DNA from: Lysobacterales bacterium | Lineage (GTDB): Bacteria; Pseudomonadota; Gammaproteobacteria; Xanthomonadales; Rhodanobacteraceae | Reading direction: 5' to 3' | NCBI GenBank assembly: GCA_017305055.1 | Contig: JAFKMZ010000008.1 | Span: forward strand, 111,990 to 175,989 | Length of the DNA stretch: 64,000 nucleotides | Shown here: piece by piece, positions 38,123 to 48,103 of the stretch | How the letters are laid out: every line of letters starts with the position of its first letter | How positions within the stretch are numbered: the stretch's first letter is position 1 | Position numbers and translations under genes: made by a program | Notes under the pieces: generated by a model | Databases searched by the model: none | Seen by the model: only the letters and a program-made list of their open reading frames with translations | Told to the model about the DNA's origin: nothing

Positions 38123-38160
38123 TTTTGAGTCCGCCGCGTCTACCATTCCGCCACACCGGC
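38123..38160 (-). pseudogene. 5' fragment (38 nt) of a second, sequence-distinct tRNA-Leu(CAA)
   Basis: GCCGGUG UG GCGG AAUGGUAGA CGC G GCGGA CUCAAAA, then non-tRNA sequence (the hairpin ATAGGTA-CTCC-TACCTAT). I see no matching anticodon 3' strand, T-arm or acceptor 3' strand downstream. Confidence 0.7.
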
Positions 38161-38184
38161 ATTGAGGTGCGAATTATGCCGGGT

Positions 38185-38766
38185 TCACTGCACGCGGTCG
38201 AGTCCGAGCACGCGCATGTCGCGCGTGTAGCCGTGGCCGTCGGGCAGCGGCTGGAACACCGAGCAGCGCAGCATCGGGCCGGCATAGACATGCAGGCTGA
38301 CGGTGACCGCGTCGTCGCTTGGATTGCGGATGCTGTGGTATTCGTGCGGCGGGATCAGGCTGCCGGCGGAACCCGCTGCGGCGTGGATCGAGCCAATCGC
38401 GCTGAACTGCCAACGCTCGTCCTCGTGGCCCTGCAGGTCGTATTGCTGGATGTCGAGCGCGCCGTGCCATACGCCCTCGACGCACCACATGCCGTCGTGG
38501 TCATGGATCGGCGTGCCTTGGCCCGGCGCCCAGGTCATCGCCACGATGCAATAGCCGTGCTCCTCGCTGCGATACAGCTCGCGGCGCGCGTAATGTTCGG
38601 CGCAGGGGACGAACACACAATCGGGCAGCTGCACGTCGCCTGAGCTCATGAAGTGGCACAGGCTCGCGCGCAGGCTGCTGGTGAGCGCCGCGGCATCGGG
38701 CTGGCCGACGGCGAAGTCGATGGCGTCGATGAGTTGCCGGCTACCGGGAAATGGCAGGTTGAGCAC
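38185..38766 (-). CDS. Cysteine dioxygenase-like cupin protein
   Basis: Cupin metal motif GTPIHDHDGMWCVEGVWHG...PPHEYHSI, about 190 aa. Confidence 0.65.
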   Translation of the reverse strand: MLNLPFPGSRQLIDAIDFAVGQPDAAALTSSLRASLCHFMSSGDVQLPDCVFVPCAEHYARRELYRSEEHGYCIVAMTWAPGQGTPIHDHDGMWCVEGVWHGALDIQQYDLQGHEDERWQFSAIGSIHAAAGSAGSLIPPHEYHSIRNPSDDAVTVSLHVYAGPMLRCSVFQPLPDGHGYTRDMRVLGLDRVQ

Positions 38767-38811
38767 GGGGGTCTCCAGTCGTACAGGCTGCGTGATCGTA
38801 GCAGCGGGGGG

Positions 38812-39924
38812 TCATGTGTTGCGCAGGGTCAGCAGGAAATCACCGATCGCGCGACTGTAATTCGGGATGTCGACCAGGAACGCGTCGTGCCCCTGTGGCG
38901 AATCGAGCGCGACGAAGTCCACGTGCGCACCGGCTTCGCGCAGGCCGTCCGCAATCTGCTCCTGTTGCTGCAGCGGAAACAGGATGTCGGTGCTGACGCC
39001 GATCACAAGGGCGCGCTCGATGCGGATGCGCAGCAGGCCGGCGCGCACGCTGCCGCCGCCGTATTCGGCGATGTCGAACCAGTCGCTGGCGCGCGACAGG
39101 TACAGGTAGCAGTTCGGGTCGAAATGCCGCACGAAGCGCCGGGCATGGCCTTCCAGGTAGGACTCCACCTTGAATTCGCGGGCAAACGGCTCGTCGTCGC
39201 GCTGCTCCGGGTCGAGCCGGATGCGGGCGAAGCGGCCGTTCCATTCCATGGCCGAGCGATAGGTGATCACGCCGAGCTTGCGCGCCAGGCTCATGCCTAT
39301 CTCGGGATAACTGGCATCGCTGTACCCGCCATCGTTCCAGCGCGGATCGAGGCGGATGGCCTCGCGCTGCAGCGAGCGGATGGCGATGGCGAACGGTTGC
39401 GCCTGTGGCGCGGTGTCGACGCTGATGTGCGCGCGTACGCTGCCGGGGTGCAGCAGCATGTAGGCCAGCGCGCTCATGCCGCCCATCGAGCAGCCGACCA
39501 GACAGGCCAGACGTTCGATGCCCAGGCTCCGGATCACAGCGTGGGCGGCGTTGGCCACGTCCTCGAGCGCGAGTTCCGGAAAGGACAGCCGATAAGGCTC
39601 GCCGGTGGCCGGGTCGATGGAAGCCGGGCCGGTCGAGCCCTTGTCGCTGCCCAGCGAATTGACGCACACCAGGAACCAGCGTGTGGTATCGATCGCCTTC
39701 CCGGGTCCCGCCATGTCCTGCCACCAGCCGGGGCTGGGGTCGGCTTCGTTGGCGGTGAGATGCGCGCTGGGCGACAGGCCGGTCAGCACCAGGATGGCGT
39801 TGTCGTGCGCCGCGTTGAGCGTGCCCCAGGTTTCGTAGGCGACGTTGCCGCCGTACACGACGCCGCCGCGTTTCATGGCAAATGGAGAGGGGAGGGGACA
39901 ATAGCGGCGCGCGTCACCGGCCAT
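38812..39924 (-). CDS. metX: Homoserine O-acyltransferase MetX (alpha/beta hydrolase)
   Basis: Nucleophile elbow VGCSMGGMSA, N-terminal GGNVAYETWGTLNAAHDNAILVLTGLS, and C-terminal SPQGHDAFL. Confidence 0.85.
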   Translation of the reverse strand: MAGDARRYCPLPSPFAMKRGGVVYGGNVAYETWGTLNAAHDNAILVLTGLSPSAHLTANEADPSPGWWQDMAGPGKAIDTTRWFLVCVNSLGSDKGSTGPASIDPATGEPYRLSFPELALEDVANAAHAVIRSLGIERLACLVGCSMGGMSALAYMLLHPGSVRAHISVDTAPQAQPFAIAIRSLQREAIRLDPRWNDGGYSDASYPEIGMSLARKLGVITYRSAMEWNGRFARIRLDPEQRDDEPFAREFKVESYLEGHARRFVRHFDPNCYLYLSRASDWFDIAEYGGGSVRAGLLRIRIERALVIGVSTDILFPLQQQEQIADGLREAGAHVDFVALDSPQGHDAFLVDIPNYSRAIGDFLLTLRNT

Positions 39925-40634
39925 CAGCGCGTGGCCTGGTCCACCGGGGTCGAGGTGGCCGGCGCCGGCGCGCTGGCAGCTCGCGCCGCCGCCACGGCAA
40001 TCTGCTTGGCCACGGCCTGGGCCACCGCAGAGCCTGGTTCAAGCTGCGGCTGCAGCAGGCGCCAGGTGGCGTGCGCGTCGGCATAGTGCCCCTGCTGGAA
40101 ATCGCTGATGCCGAGCAGCCACAGGCCGCGCTGGCTGTCCGGCTGCAATTGCACCGCCCGCAGCAGCAGCTCGCGGCCGCGACCCTCGATCAGGTGATCC
40201 TGGCGCAGCATGGAATCCGCCTCGGCCCAGCCGACCATGGCGTCCGCATTGTTCGGGGCGAGCTGCAGCACGTGGTCGTAGGCTTCGCGCGCCATGGACG
40301 GATTGTGCAGCGCCGTGCCGGTCTGGCCGAGCAGCATCCAGCCGGCCTGGTCATCCGGCTCCTGCGCGAGATGGGCGCGGAGCGCGGCCACGGCGTCGTC
40401 GATGGAGCGCGGCATGGTGGCCTGCGCATCCACGCCGCGCAGGGCAGCAGGCGTGCCGACGAGCGCGTAGATGCCCGCCACCGCAAGCGGCAGCACCAGC
40501 GCCACGCCCAGTGCCAGCGCGAACATCGTCCGCGACGGGCCAGTCCGCCGGCCTTGGCGCAGCAGGGGCACGAGCACGAAGACCAGCGCCACAACCGTCA
40601 TGGCTGCGGCAATCAGGAAAAACACGGAAGTCAC
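39924..40634 (-). CDS. ccmI: Cytochrome c biogenesis protein CcmI (TPR-containing)
   Basis: N-terminal TM plus TPR-like repeats, located downstream of ccmH. Confidence 0.7.
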   Translation of the reverse strand: MTSVFFLIAAAMTVVALVFVLVPLLRQGRRTGPSRTMFALALGVALVLPLAVAGIYALVGTPAALRGVDAQATMPRSIDDAVAALRAHLAQEPDDQAGWMLLGQTGTALHNPSMAREAYDHVLQLAPNNADAMVGWAEADSMLRQDHLIEGRGRELLLRAVQLQPDSQRGLWLLGISDFQQGHYADAHATWRLLQPQLEPGSAVAQAVAKQIAVAAARAASAPAPATSTPVDQATR

Positions 40635-41104
40635 CAGTCATCCCCGTTGTCGATGGGCGGCTCCATGGCCGCACTGGCCTGCCGGCGCCTGCGTATGGCC
40701 ACCAGCACCACGCCTGCACCGGCCAGCAGGATCGCCGGCGGACCGAACCACAGCAGCCAGGTACCCGGCTGCAGTGGCGGATCGTACAGCACGAAACTGG
40801 AGTACCGCGCCACCAGGTACTGCTTGATCTGGTCGTCGGTTTTTCCTTCCTGCATGAGCTTGAACACGATCAGGCGCAGGTCGCGCGCCAGCTCGGCGTT
40901 GGAGTCGGCCAGGTTCTCGTTCTGGCACACCAGGCAGCGCAGCTGGCGGGTGAGGTCCTGGAAGCGGACTTCCTGCGCCTGGTCCTTGAACGGCAGCGGC
41001 TCGATCGCCTGCGCGTGCGCCACGCCCACGGCCAGGAGCAGTACCAGCATCATCCATACCCGTGGGCAAGCGCGGGCGAGAATGTGGTGCACGCTCAGCA
41101 TCAC
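40631..41104 (-). CDS. ccmH: Cytochrome c-type biogenesis protein CcmH
   Basis: Contains the LRCLVCQNENLADSNAELARDLR motif. Confidence 0.85.
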   Translation of the reverse strand: MMLSVHHILARACPRVWMMLVLLLAVGVAHAQAIEPLPFKDQAQEVRFQDLTRQLRCLVCQNENLADSNAELARDLRLIVFKLMQEGKTDDQIKQYLVARYSSFVLYDPPLQPGTWLLWFGPPAILLAGAGVVLVAIRRRRQASAAMEPPIDNGDDW

Positions 41105-41643
41105 CGCGTCTCCTGGGCCAGGGCGGCAATGGCGGGCTTCAGTTCCTGGCTGATGATTTTTGGCGTGAACGGACCAATATGCTTGTAGCGGATGACGCCG
41201 TGGGCGTCGATGAGGAAACTTTCCGGTGCCCCATAGACGCCGAAGTTGATTGCCGTCCGGCCTGGGAAGTCGGCAATCACCAGGTCATAGGGATTGCCGT
41301 GGGTGCGCAACCAGTCCTTGGCATCCTGCGGCTGGTCCTTGTAGTTGTAGCCGATCACCGGGATGCCCAGGCTGCGCCCCTCGGCCATCAGCACCGGATG
41401 CTCCTCGCCGCAGGCGATGCACCAGCTGGCGAACACGTTGAGCAGGTAGGGCTTGCCCAGCAGGCTGGCCTTGCTGACCAAGTGCGCCGGATCGTCCAGC
41501 GTCGGCAGGTCGAAGGCCGGGGCCGGCTTGTTGATCAGCGGCGAGGGCACCTCGTTGGGGTCGTGCTGCGTGTTCCACCAGATGCCGAAGCCGAACAAGG
41601 CCAGCAGCAGGGCAAAGCCAAACAGCGGCAGGTATCGGCTCAT
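41101..41643 (-). CDS. ccmG: Thiol:disulfide interchange protein DsbE/CcmG
   Basis: 180 aa, a TM anchor, the thioredoxin motif ASWCIACGEEHP, and GVYGAPESFLID. Confidence 0.9.
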   Translation of the reverse strand: MSRYLPLFGFALLLALFGFGIWWNTQHDPNEVPSPLINKPAPAFDLPTLDDPAHLVSKASLLGKPYLLNVFASWCIACGEEHPVLMAEGRSLGIPVIGYNYKDQPQDAKDWLRTHGNPYDLVIADFPGRTAINFGVYGAPESFLIDAHGVIRYKHIGPFTPKIISQELKPAIAALAQETR

Positions 41644-43631
41644 GCCGTGTTTTCCTGCGGGCGCAAGGCGGGCGCGGGCTCGTTGCCTGTAGTGGCCACT
41701 ACGGCCGCCTGGCGCTTCAGGCGAAAGCGCTTGTCCAGCGCGCAGGTGAAACCGCCCAGCATCATCAGCACGCCACCGCCCCAGATCCAGCGGATGAACG
41801 GCTTGTAGTACAGGCGCAAGGACCACGCGCCACGCACGTTGTTCGCATCCATCGGCTCGCCCAGGGCCACGTACAGGTCGCGGGTAAGCCCGGCCTTGAC
41901 TGCCGACTCGGTCTGCACCTGGCCGCGTGGGTAGGTGCGTTTCTGCGGGTGCATGACCGCGATCTGCCTGCCATTGCGGGTCACGGTGACCGTGCCTTGC
42001 TCGGCATGCCAGTTCGGCCCGGTGGTCTGCTGGGCGCCGTCGAAGCGGAAGCTGTAGCCGCCGACCTCGTGCGCATCGCCCGGGGCCATGCGCACGTCCG
42101 TGGTTACGCTCAAGGCCTCGGACAGCAGCACCCCGACCAGGAACACCGCCACGCCGAAGTGCGCCAGCAGCATGCCGGCCATCTCGGCCGGATAGCGGCG
42201 ACCACGTGGAAACTCGCGCCAACGCTTGTAGGCGTACAAGGCCACGCCGAAGCCCACCCAGACCGCGGCGGCAGTGCCGAGAATGGCCTTGACCTGCCCA
42301 TGCACGAAGAACGCCGCGACGATGGCGCACACCACGGCGGCGCTGCCGATGCGCAGCAGCACGGCTTTCAGCACGGCGGGCTCGCCATGGCCCCAGCGCA
42401 GGAACGGTCCGAACGGCATCAGCAGGATGACCGGGGTCATCAGCAGCGGAAACAGCAGGCCGAAGTAGGGCTGCCCGACCGAGATGCGGCCCAGGTGCAG
42501 GGCGTCGGCGATCAGCGGAAACAGGGTGCCGAGCAGCACCATGGCCGCGGCGACCACAAACATCAGGTTGCCGATCAGCATGGCGGTTTCGCGCGAGAGC
42601 ACGTTGAACGGCTTGCCATGGGCGATCTTCGGCGCACGCAGGGCATACAGCAGCAGCGAGGCGCCGATGACGATGCCAAGGAAGATCAGGATGTACAGGC
42701 CACGGCGCGGGTCCGAGGCAAAGGCATGGATCGAGGTGAGCACGCCGGAGCGCACCAGGAAGGTGCCCAGCAGGCTGAGCGAGAAAGCCACGATCGACAG
42801 CAGGATGGTCCAGGCGCGCAGGCTGCCGCGCTTCTCGGTGATGGCCTGGGCGTGGATCAGCGCCAGTCCGGCGAGCCAGGGCATGAAGCTGGCGTTTTCC
42901 ACCGGGTCCCAGAACCACCAGCCACCCCAGCCCAGTTCGCCATAGGCCCACCAGCTGCCGGCGACGATGCCCAGGGTGAGGAAGCCCCAGGCAACGTTGG
43001 TCCACGGCCTGGCCCAGCGTATCCAGGCCTTTTCCAGTTCGCCGCCGAGCAGGGCGGCGATGGCAAAGGAAAACGCCACCGAGAAGCCTACATAGCCCAT
43101 GTACAGCATGGGCGGATGGGTGGTCATGCCCGGATCCTGCAGGATCGGGTTGAGGTCGGCGCCGTCGGCCGGCATCGGCAGCAGCCGCCCGAACGGATCG
43201 GAAGTGAAGAGAGTGAAGACCAGGAAGCCCACTGCGATCAGGCCCATCACCGCCAGCACGCGCGAGGCAAACACCTCGGGCAGGTTCTGGCTGAACATGG
43301 CCAGGGCCAGGGTCCACACGTTGAGGATCAGCACCCAGAGCAGCAGCGAGCCCTCGTGTGCGCCCCACACCGCGGCGAAGCGGTAGTACCAGGGCAGGGC
43401 CAGGTTGGAGTTGTCGGCGACGTACTGCACCGAGAAATCGAAGGTCATGAAGGCCCAGGCCAGAATGCCGAACGCCAGCGCGACGAACACCGCCTGGCCG
43501 GCGGCGGCCGGTCGCGCCACGGCCATCAGCGCGTGGTTGTTGCGCCAGGCACCGATCAGCGGCAGCACGCTTTGCGCGAGCGCCAGCAGTAGGGCGAGGA
43601 TCAGGGCAAGTTGGCCGAGTTCAGGGGTCAT
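41640..43631 (-). CDS. ccmF: Heme lyase CcmF
   Basis: Contains the WWD-type motif WGGWWFWDPVENASFMPW in a multi-TM protein of about 663 aa. The start is at MTPELGQLAL. Confidence 0.9.
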   Translation of the reverse strand: MTPELGQLALILALLLALAQSVLPLIGAWRNNHALMAVARPAAAGQAVFVALAFGILAWAFMTFDFSVQYVADNSNLALPWYYRFAAVWGAHEGSLLLWVLILNVWTLALAMFSQNLPEVFASRVLAVMGLIAVGFLVFTLFTSDPFGRLLPMPADGADLNPILQDPGMTTHPPMLYMGYVGFSVAFSFAIAALLGGELEKAWIRWARPWTNVAWGFLTLGIVAGSWWAYGELGWGGWWFWDPVENASFMPWLAGLALIHAQAITEKRGSLRAWTILLSIVAFSLSLLGTFLVRSGVLTSIHAFASDPRRGLYILIFLGIVIGASLLLYALRAPKIAHGKPFNVLSRETAMLIGNLMFVVAAAMVLLGTLFPLIADALHLGRISVGQPYFGLLFPLLMTPVILLMPFGPFLRWGHGEPAVLKAVLLRIGSAAVVCAIVAAFFVHGQVKAILGTAAAVWVGFGVALYAYKRWREFPRGRRYPAEMAGMLLAHFGVAVFLVGVLLSEALSVTTDVRMAPGDAHEVGGYSFRFDGAQQTTGPNWHAEQGTVTVTRNGRQIAVMHPQKRTYPRGQVQTESAVKAGLTRDLYVALGEPMDANNVRGAWSLRLYYKPFIRWIWGGGVLMMLGGFTCALDKRFRLKRQAAVVATTGNEPAPALRPQENTA

Positions 43632-43689
43632 GGCGGAATGTCGATGGCGAAGAGGGGAGAACGGCTGACGGAAACATGGCGGCGCCGGT

Positions 43690-44172
43690 TCATGGATCGG
43701 GATTGCCGCCACCTGCTGCCGTGCCGGCTTCGGCCTTGATCTCCTTGCCGGCATGCGCCTTGGCCATGGCGTCCTTCAGCTCCTTGGGCATGTAGGTTTC
43801 GTCGTGCTTGGCCAGGACCTCGGTGGCGACGAAGTGGGCGTTGTCCATGTGGCCGGTGGCGATCACCGACTGGTCGTCGCGGAACAGGTCGGGCAGGATG
43901 CCGGTGTATTCGACCGGCATGGCGCCATCGGCGTCGACCACGATGAAGGTAGTCTTCAGCGAGTCGTCACTGCGATGGATCGAGCCGCGCTTGACCATGC
44001 CGCCCAGGCGGAAGGTCCGGTAGCCGGACGCTTGTCCGGACTGCACCTGGCTCGGGGTCAGCAGGTAGTTCATGTTCTGCTGCAGGGCATACACGCCCAA
44101 GGCCACGGCCAGGGCGACCGCCACCGTCACGACCCCAACGATGGTGAGACGGCGCTTGTGGGTACGGTTCAT
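43690..44172 (-). CDS. ccmE: Heme chaperone CcmE
   Basis: [12 protein letters not shown]..., FRLGGMV, and [12 protein letters not shown], which holds the heme-binding His. Confidence 0.9.
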   Translation of the reverse strand: MNRTHKRRLTIVGVVTVAVALAVALGVYALQQNMNYLLTPSQVQSGQASGYRTFRLGGMVKRGSIHRSDDSLKTTFIVVDADGAMPVEYTGILPDLFRDDQSVIATGHMDNAHFVATEVLAKHDETYMPKELKDAMAKAHAGKEIKAEAGTAAGGGNPDP

Positions 44173-44408
44173 GTTGACCTCGACGGCGCCGCTGTGGCGC
44201 CCGACTCGTTGCCAGTCGCCGCGTGGGCGGCGTCCTGGCGCACTGCCTGGCGCACCAGCCGTGCACGCAGTTCCTGCACGATACGGTGGCGACGCAGCGT
44301 CGGCACCAGGCTGTCGCCAAGCAGCACCGCCAAGAATACCGCGTACGCCGGCCACACATAGGCGGCATAACCGCCCATGTCCAGGAACGCCTGCCAGGAG
44401 CCGCTCAC
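44169..44408 (-). CDS. ccmD: Heme exporter protein CcmD
   Basis: A small protein with the [14 protein letters not shown] motif. The GTG start overlaps the ccmC stop (GTGA). An alternative ATG is at 44378. Confidence 0.7.
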   Translation of the reverse strand: MSGSWQAFLDMGGYAAYVWPAYAVFLAVLLGDSLVPTLRRHRIVQELRARLVRQAVRQDAAHAATGNESGATAAPSRST

Positions 44409-45163
44409 GGCGCCGGCTCCGGGGCCACCAGCTCGTGCACCCAGGCCTTGTTGCCTTCCAGCGCCAGCAGGTCGGCGCGCGCGCGCCGGCACAGGCTGGC
44501 CACGTAATACAGCTTGGTCGCCAGCGTCAGCACCAGGAGCGGCCACAGCATGTCCGCGGCAATCTTCGAGGTGCCGAAGAAGTTGATCGTGCTGCCCTGG
44601 TGCAGGGTATTCCACCAGTTCACCGAGAAATGCACGATGGGTACGTTGATGATGCCGATGATGGCCAGGAAGCCCGCGGCCCGCGCCCCCTGTCGGCGAT
44701 CTTCGAAGGCGTGGTACAGCCCGATCACACCCAGATACAGGAACAGCAGCACCAGCTCGGAAGTGAGCCGCGCATCCCAGGTCCACCACGTGCCCCACAT
44801 CGGCTTGCCCCACAGCGAGCCGCTGACCAGGGTGATGAAGGTGAAGGCCGCGCCGATCGGTGCCGACTGCATGGCCACCACTTCGGCCAGCTTGATCCGC
44901 CACACCACGGCGACAAAAGAGGCCACTGCCATGACGGCGTAGATGAACATGCTCATCCACGCGCTCGGCACGTGGATGAAGATGATGCGGTAGGCATCGC
45001 CCTGCTGGTAATCCGGCGGCGCCAGCACCAGCGCGCCGTACAGACCGATCGCGCCGGCGACCAGTGCCAGGCCCATGGCCCATGGCCACACGGCGCCGGC
45101 GAAGCGGTAGAACGTGGGCGGCGAGCTGAGGCGGTGCAACCAGAGCGGAATCCAGCGGGTCAT
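44405..45163 (-). CDS. ccmC: Heme exporter protein CcmC
   Basis: Contains the WWD motif [19 protein letters not shown]. The start is at MTRWIPLW. Confidence 0.9.
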   Translation of the reverse strand: MTRWIPLWLHRLSSPPTFYRFAGAVWPWAMGLALVAGAIGLYGALVLAPPDYQQGDAYRIIFIHVPSAWMSMFIYAVMAVASFVAVVWRIKLAEVVAMQSAPIGAAFTFITLVSGSLWGKPMWGTWWTWDARLTSELVLLFLYLGVIGLYHAFEDRRQGARAAGFLAIIGIINVPIVHFSVNWWNTLHQGSTINFFGTSKIAADMLWPLLVLTLATKLYYVASLCRRARADLLALEGNKAWVHELVAPEPAP

Positions 45164-45167
45164 GGTT

Positions 45168-45818
45168 TCAGGCATCCAGCGCAATGCGCAGCGCGCCAGC
45201 GCATGCGAGTGGGGCGAAGGCGATGGCCAGCACCAAGATGGCGGCCAGCCAGCTGATCGGCGCCAGCCATGGCAGGCCTTGCTGGGCCGCCGCGACAGCA
45301 CCGGCGGCGAAGATCACTGCCGGCATGCACAGCGGCAGCAGCATCAGGGCCAGCAGCATACCAGAGCGGCGGGTGCCGGCGGTCAATGCCACCAGGATCG
45401 CGCCAAGCAGGCTGAGCAGGGGCGTGGCCAGCAGCAAGGCCAGCAGCAGCACCGGAATGACCGGCCCGGGCAGATGCAGCATCGCCGCCAGCAGCGGCGC
45501 AATGACGATCAACGGCAGCGCGCTGGTCAGCCAGTGGGCGAGGATCTTCATGCCCAGCAGCAGGGCCAGGGGTTGTGGTGACAGCACCAGTTGCTCCAAT
45601 GATCCGTCCTCGATATCGCTGGTGAACATCGCATCCAGCGTCAGCAGCATCGCCAACAGCACCGTCACCAGCACGATGCCACCGGCAATGCGCTGCAGCA
45701 GCGTGTCTTCCGGCCCCAACGCGAACGGGAACAGTACCGTCACCAGTACGGCGTACAGCACCGGCATGGCGATGTCCCCGCGGCGACGCCAGGCCAGGAG
45801 GAGCTCGCGCCGCAGCAT
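45168..45818 (-). CDS. ccmB: Heme exporter permease CcmB
   Basis: MLRRELLLAWRRRGDIAMPVLYAVLVTVLFPFALGP... followed by 6 TM segments. The start is chosen by family-typical N-terminus. Confidence 0.8.
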   Translation of the reverse strand: MLRRELLLAWRRRGDIAMPVLYAVLVTVLFPFALGPEDTLLQRIAGGIVLVTVLLAMLLTLDAMFTSDIEDGSLEQLVLSPQPLALLLGMKILAHWLTSALPLIVIAPLLAAMLHLPGPVIPVLLLALLLATPLLSLLGAILVALTAGTRRSGMLLALMLLPLCMPAVIFAAGAVAAAQQGLPWLAPISWLAAILVLAIAFAPLACAGALRIALDA

Positions 45819-45989
45819 GGCCGCGCAGGCCTGGCCAAGGCCGGGCGGGCTCACGCCTGCCCTCGTGCGCGCCGTACGCTGGTGGCCGACCGAGTCGGGA
45901 GGCGTGGGTCGCCCAGTCCCGCACATTGCCGCGCGGGTGCCGGCGTGGACGCGGTGGCGGATGCGCGTCGTGGCATGCGTGGCCACACC

Positions 45990-46625
45990 TCAGGCCCCCA
46001 GGCGTATGCGCCGCCACCGGCCATCATCGGCGTCCGGTGCAGTGTGCGTGGTGACCAATGCAGCACCGCCGGCTGCGGCGTGTGTCCCGAGAATGCGGTT
46101 CACCAGGGTCGTGCCCACGCGGTCGAGGTTCGCATAGGGTTCGTCCAGCAACCACAGCGCGGCGGGCAGCAGCAGCAGCCGGGCCAGGGCCACGCGTTTC
46201 TTCTGGCCGGCGGAAAGGCGCCGCACCGGCTCGTCCTCGTAACCGCGCAAGCCGAGTTCCCGCAGGGCCTGACTCGGCTCCATGGCGGGCCGTGATCCAT
46301 GCAGGCCAGCGGCGACACGCAGGTTTTCCCGCGCCGTCAGATCGGCCTTCAGTCCCAGCTGATGGCCGATGTACAGGATTTCGCCGGCGCTGTCGTCCCG
46401 TTCCAAGGCCTTGCCGCGCCAGTACAGCGTGCCTGTGCCCACGTGCAGCAAGCCGGCCAGTACACGCAGTAAAGTGGTCTTGCCACTACCGTTGGCGCCC
46501 TCGACCCAGACCAGTTCACCGGCACACAAGCTGAAACTTTGCGGTGCGAATACCGGCAGGTCATGGCGCAGGAAGGTGAGTGCGTGCACCTCGAGCAGGG
46601 ACACGCTGGCGGTTTGGACTGTCAT
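45990..46625 (-). CDS. ccmA: Heme ABC exporter ATPase CcmA
   Basis: Walker A GANGSGKTTLLR, signature LSAGQKKRVALARL, and Walker B LWLLDEP. Confidence 0.85.
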   Translation of the reverse strand: MTVQTASVSLLEVHALTFLRHDLPVFAPQSFSLCAGELVWVEGANGSGKTTLLRVLAGLLHVGTGTLYWRGKALERDDSAGEILYIGHQLGLKADLTARENLRVAAGLHGSRPAMEPSQALRELGLRGYEDEPVRRLSAGQKKRVALARLLLLPAALWLLDEPYANLDRVGTTLVNRILGTHAAAGGAALVTTHTAPDADDGRWRRIRLGA

Positions 46626-46683
46626 TGCCGTGATTGTCCGCAATGCTGGCGGCGCTTGTCCATGTGGCGTGCTGTCGCTGAGT

Positions 46684-47088
46684 TCAAGGACGCACGACGT
46701 ACAGGCTGGCATGGTCTGCGCCCCGGCCGCGCAGGTAGGCATTCTGCCGGAAGGCAGTGGCCAGCGCGTCGAGCGCCGCGAATTCCGGACCAACCACGAA
46801 TAGACTGGGCTCGTACCAGCCGTCGGGTCCAATGCCGATGGCTGGCAGGCTCAGCGTGTTCCGTGGCAACTCGCCCAGGAGCTTGCGCTGTGCGGCCTGG
46901 TTCGGCTCATCCGCGCGCCGGATCGATCCCGGGTTCCATGCCGTGATGAAGGCCCAGGGCTGCGTGCCGACCAGTGCCTGCAGAGTGGCTGGCAGTGCCT
47001 GCTCGATGACAATGGCAGGCCACCGCACGCGGTCGACGCAGACCAGGTAGGTGCTGGCCCGATACTGGGCGAGCAGAGCCTCATCCAT
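46684..47088 (-). CDS. DUF3293-like hypothetical protein
   Basis: MDEALLAQYRASTYLV...WAFITAWNPGS...NQAAQRKL resembles DUF3293. The assignment is from memory only. Confidence 0.5.
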   Translation of the reverse strand: MDEALLAQYRASTYLVCVDRVRWPAIVIEQALPATLQALVGTQPWAFITAWNPGSIRRADEPNQAAQRKLLGELPRNTLSLPAIGIGPDGWYEPSLFVVGPEFAALDALATAFRQNAYLRGRGADHASLYVVRP

Positions 47089-47263
47089 GCGGGTGGGCCG
47101 GAAATGGCGGCAGCCGCGCGCGCAAGGCTGCCAAGGCGGCATGGACGTCCATCGGCGCGCCGTGTCGAGCGACTTGTTGGTCGAACGGTGTGCCGACCCG
47201 GGCTCCGATCAAGATGATGGGGGACTGCTGCATATCGCGCTGGGCGCCGGCACCCGTGGCCGC

Positions 47264-48025
47264 TCAGAAGCTCATGAAATAACCGCCGTTGACCGGCAGG
47301 TTGGCGCCGGTGATGTAGCCGGCGGCGTCGGCTGCCAGGAAGGCCACGGCGCGGGCGATGTCGGCCGGCTGTCCCAGCCTCCCGACCGGGATGCCGGCGA
47401 TGATCTGCTCGCGGATATCGGCGGGCACGGCAGCGACCATCGGCGTGTCGCAGTATCCAGGCGACACCGTGTTGACGGTCACGCCCTTGCGTGCGGTTTC
47501 CCGCGCCAGGGCCATGCTGAAACCATGCACGCCGGCCTTGGCCGCCGAGTAGTTGGTCTGGCCGAACTGGCCGGTCTGGCCGTTGACCGAGCTGATGTTG
47601 ACGATGCGCCCGAAGCCGCGCGTCAGCATGCCGTCGATCACGTTGCGGCACATGTTGAACACGCCATCGAGGTTCACCTGCAGCAGTTCGTGCCAATGCT
47701 CCGGGCTCATCTTGCGCAGGCTGGCGTCGCGGGTGATGCCGGCTGCGTTGACCAGGATGTCGATGCTGCCATGCTGCCGTTGCAGCCGCGTGGCCAGTTG
47801 CGCGCAGGCATCGAACTTGCTGACGTCCGCAGCCTCGAAGCCGATGGCGCCGTCCAGATCGGCCACCTCGTCGCGGAAGGCTGCGACGCGTTCGGCGCGT
47901 GCGGCAAGGTCGACTGCCGTCACATGGCAGCCGGAGCCAGCCAGTTGGCGGCAGATCTCGGTACCGAGTCCGCCGATGCCGCCGGTCACGACGGCATGGC
48001 GTGGTGTCGCGGAAAGATCGCTCAT
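47264..48025 (-). CDS. phbB: Acetoacetyl-CoA reductase / 3-oxoacyl reductase (SDR)
   Basis: VTGGIGGLGTE cofactor motif, the catalytic YSAAK, and a position adjacent to phaR. Confidence 0.8.
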   Translation of the reverse strand: MSDLSATPRHAVVTGGIGGLGTEICRQLAGSGCHVTAVDLAARAERVAAFRDEVADLDGAIGFEAADVSKFDACAQLATRLQRQHGSIDILVNAAGITRDASLRKMSPEHWHELLQVNLDGVFNMCRNVIDGMLTRGFGRIVNISSVNGQTGQFGQTNYSAAKAGVHGFSMALARETARKGVTVNTVSPGYCDTPMVAAVPADIREQIIAGIPVGRLGQPADIARAVAFLAADAAGYITGANLPVNGGYFMSF

Positions 48026-48103
48026 GGGTTCGCAGCTCAGTGGGAGGTATGGCTGGCGGAGCTGGCCGGGACCGTCAGCAGTCCGGCTGCCGTAAGGGGC
48101 CGC

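Noticed and set aside
45819-45989. A 170-nt gap between ccmA and the family-typical ccmB start, whereas these genes usually abut or overlap.
   Set aside because: The ccmB reading frame is open all the way to 45986, so an upstream alternative start is possible. I saw no repeat, hairpin or motif. This is most likely just start-codon uncertainty.
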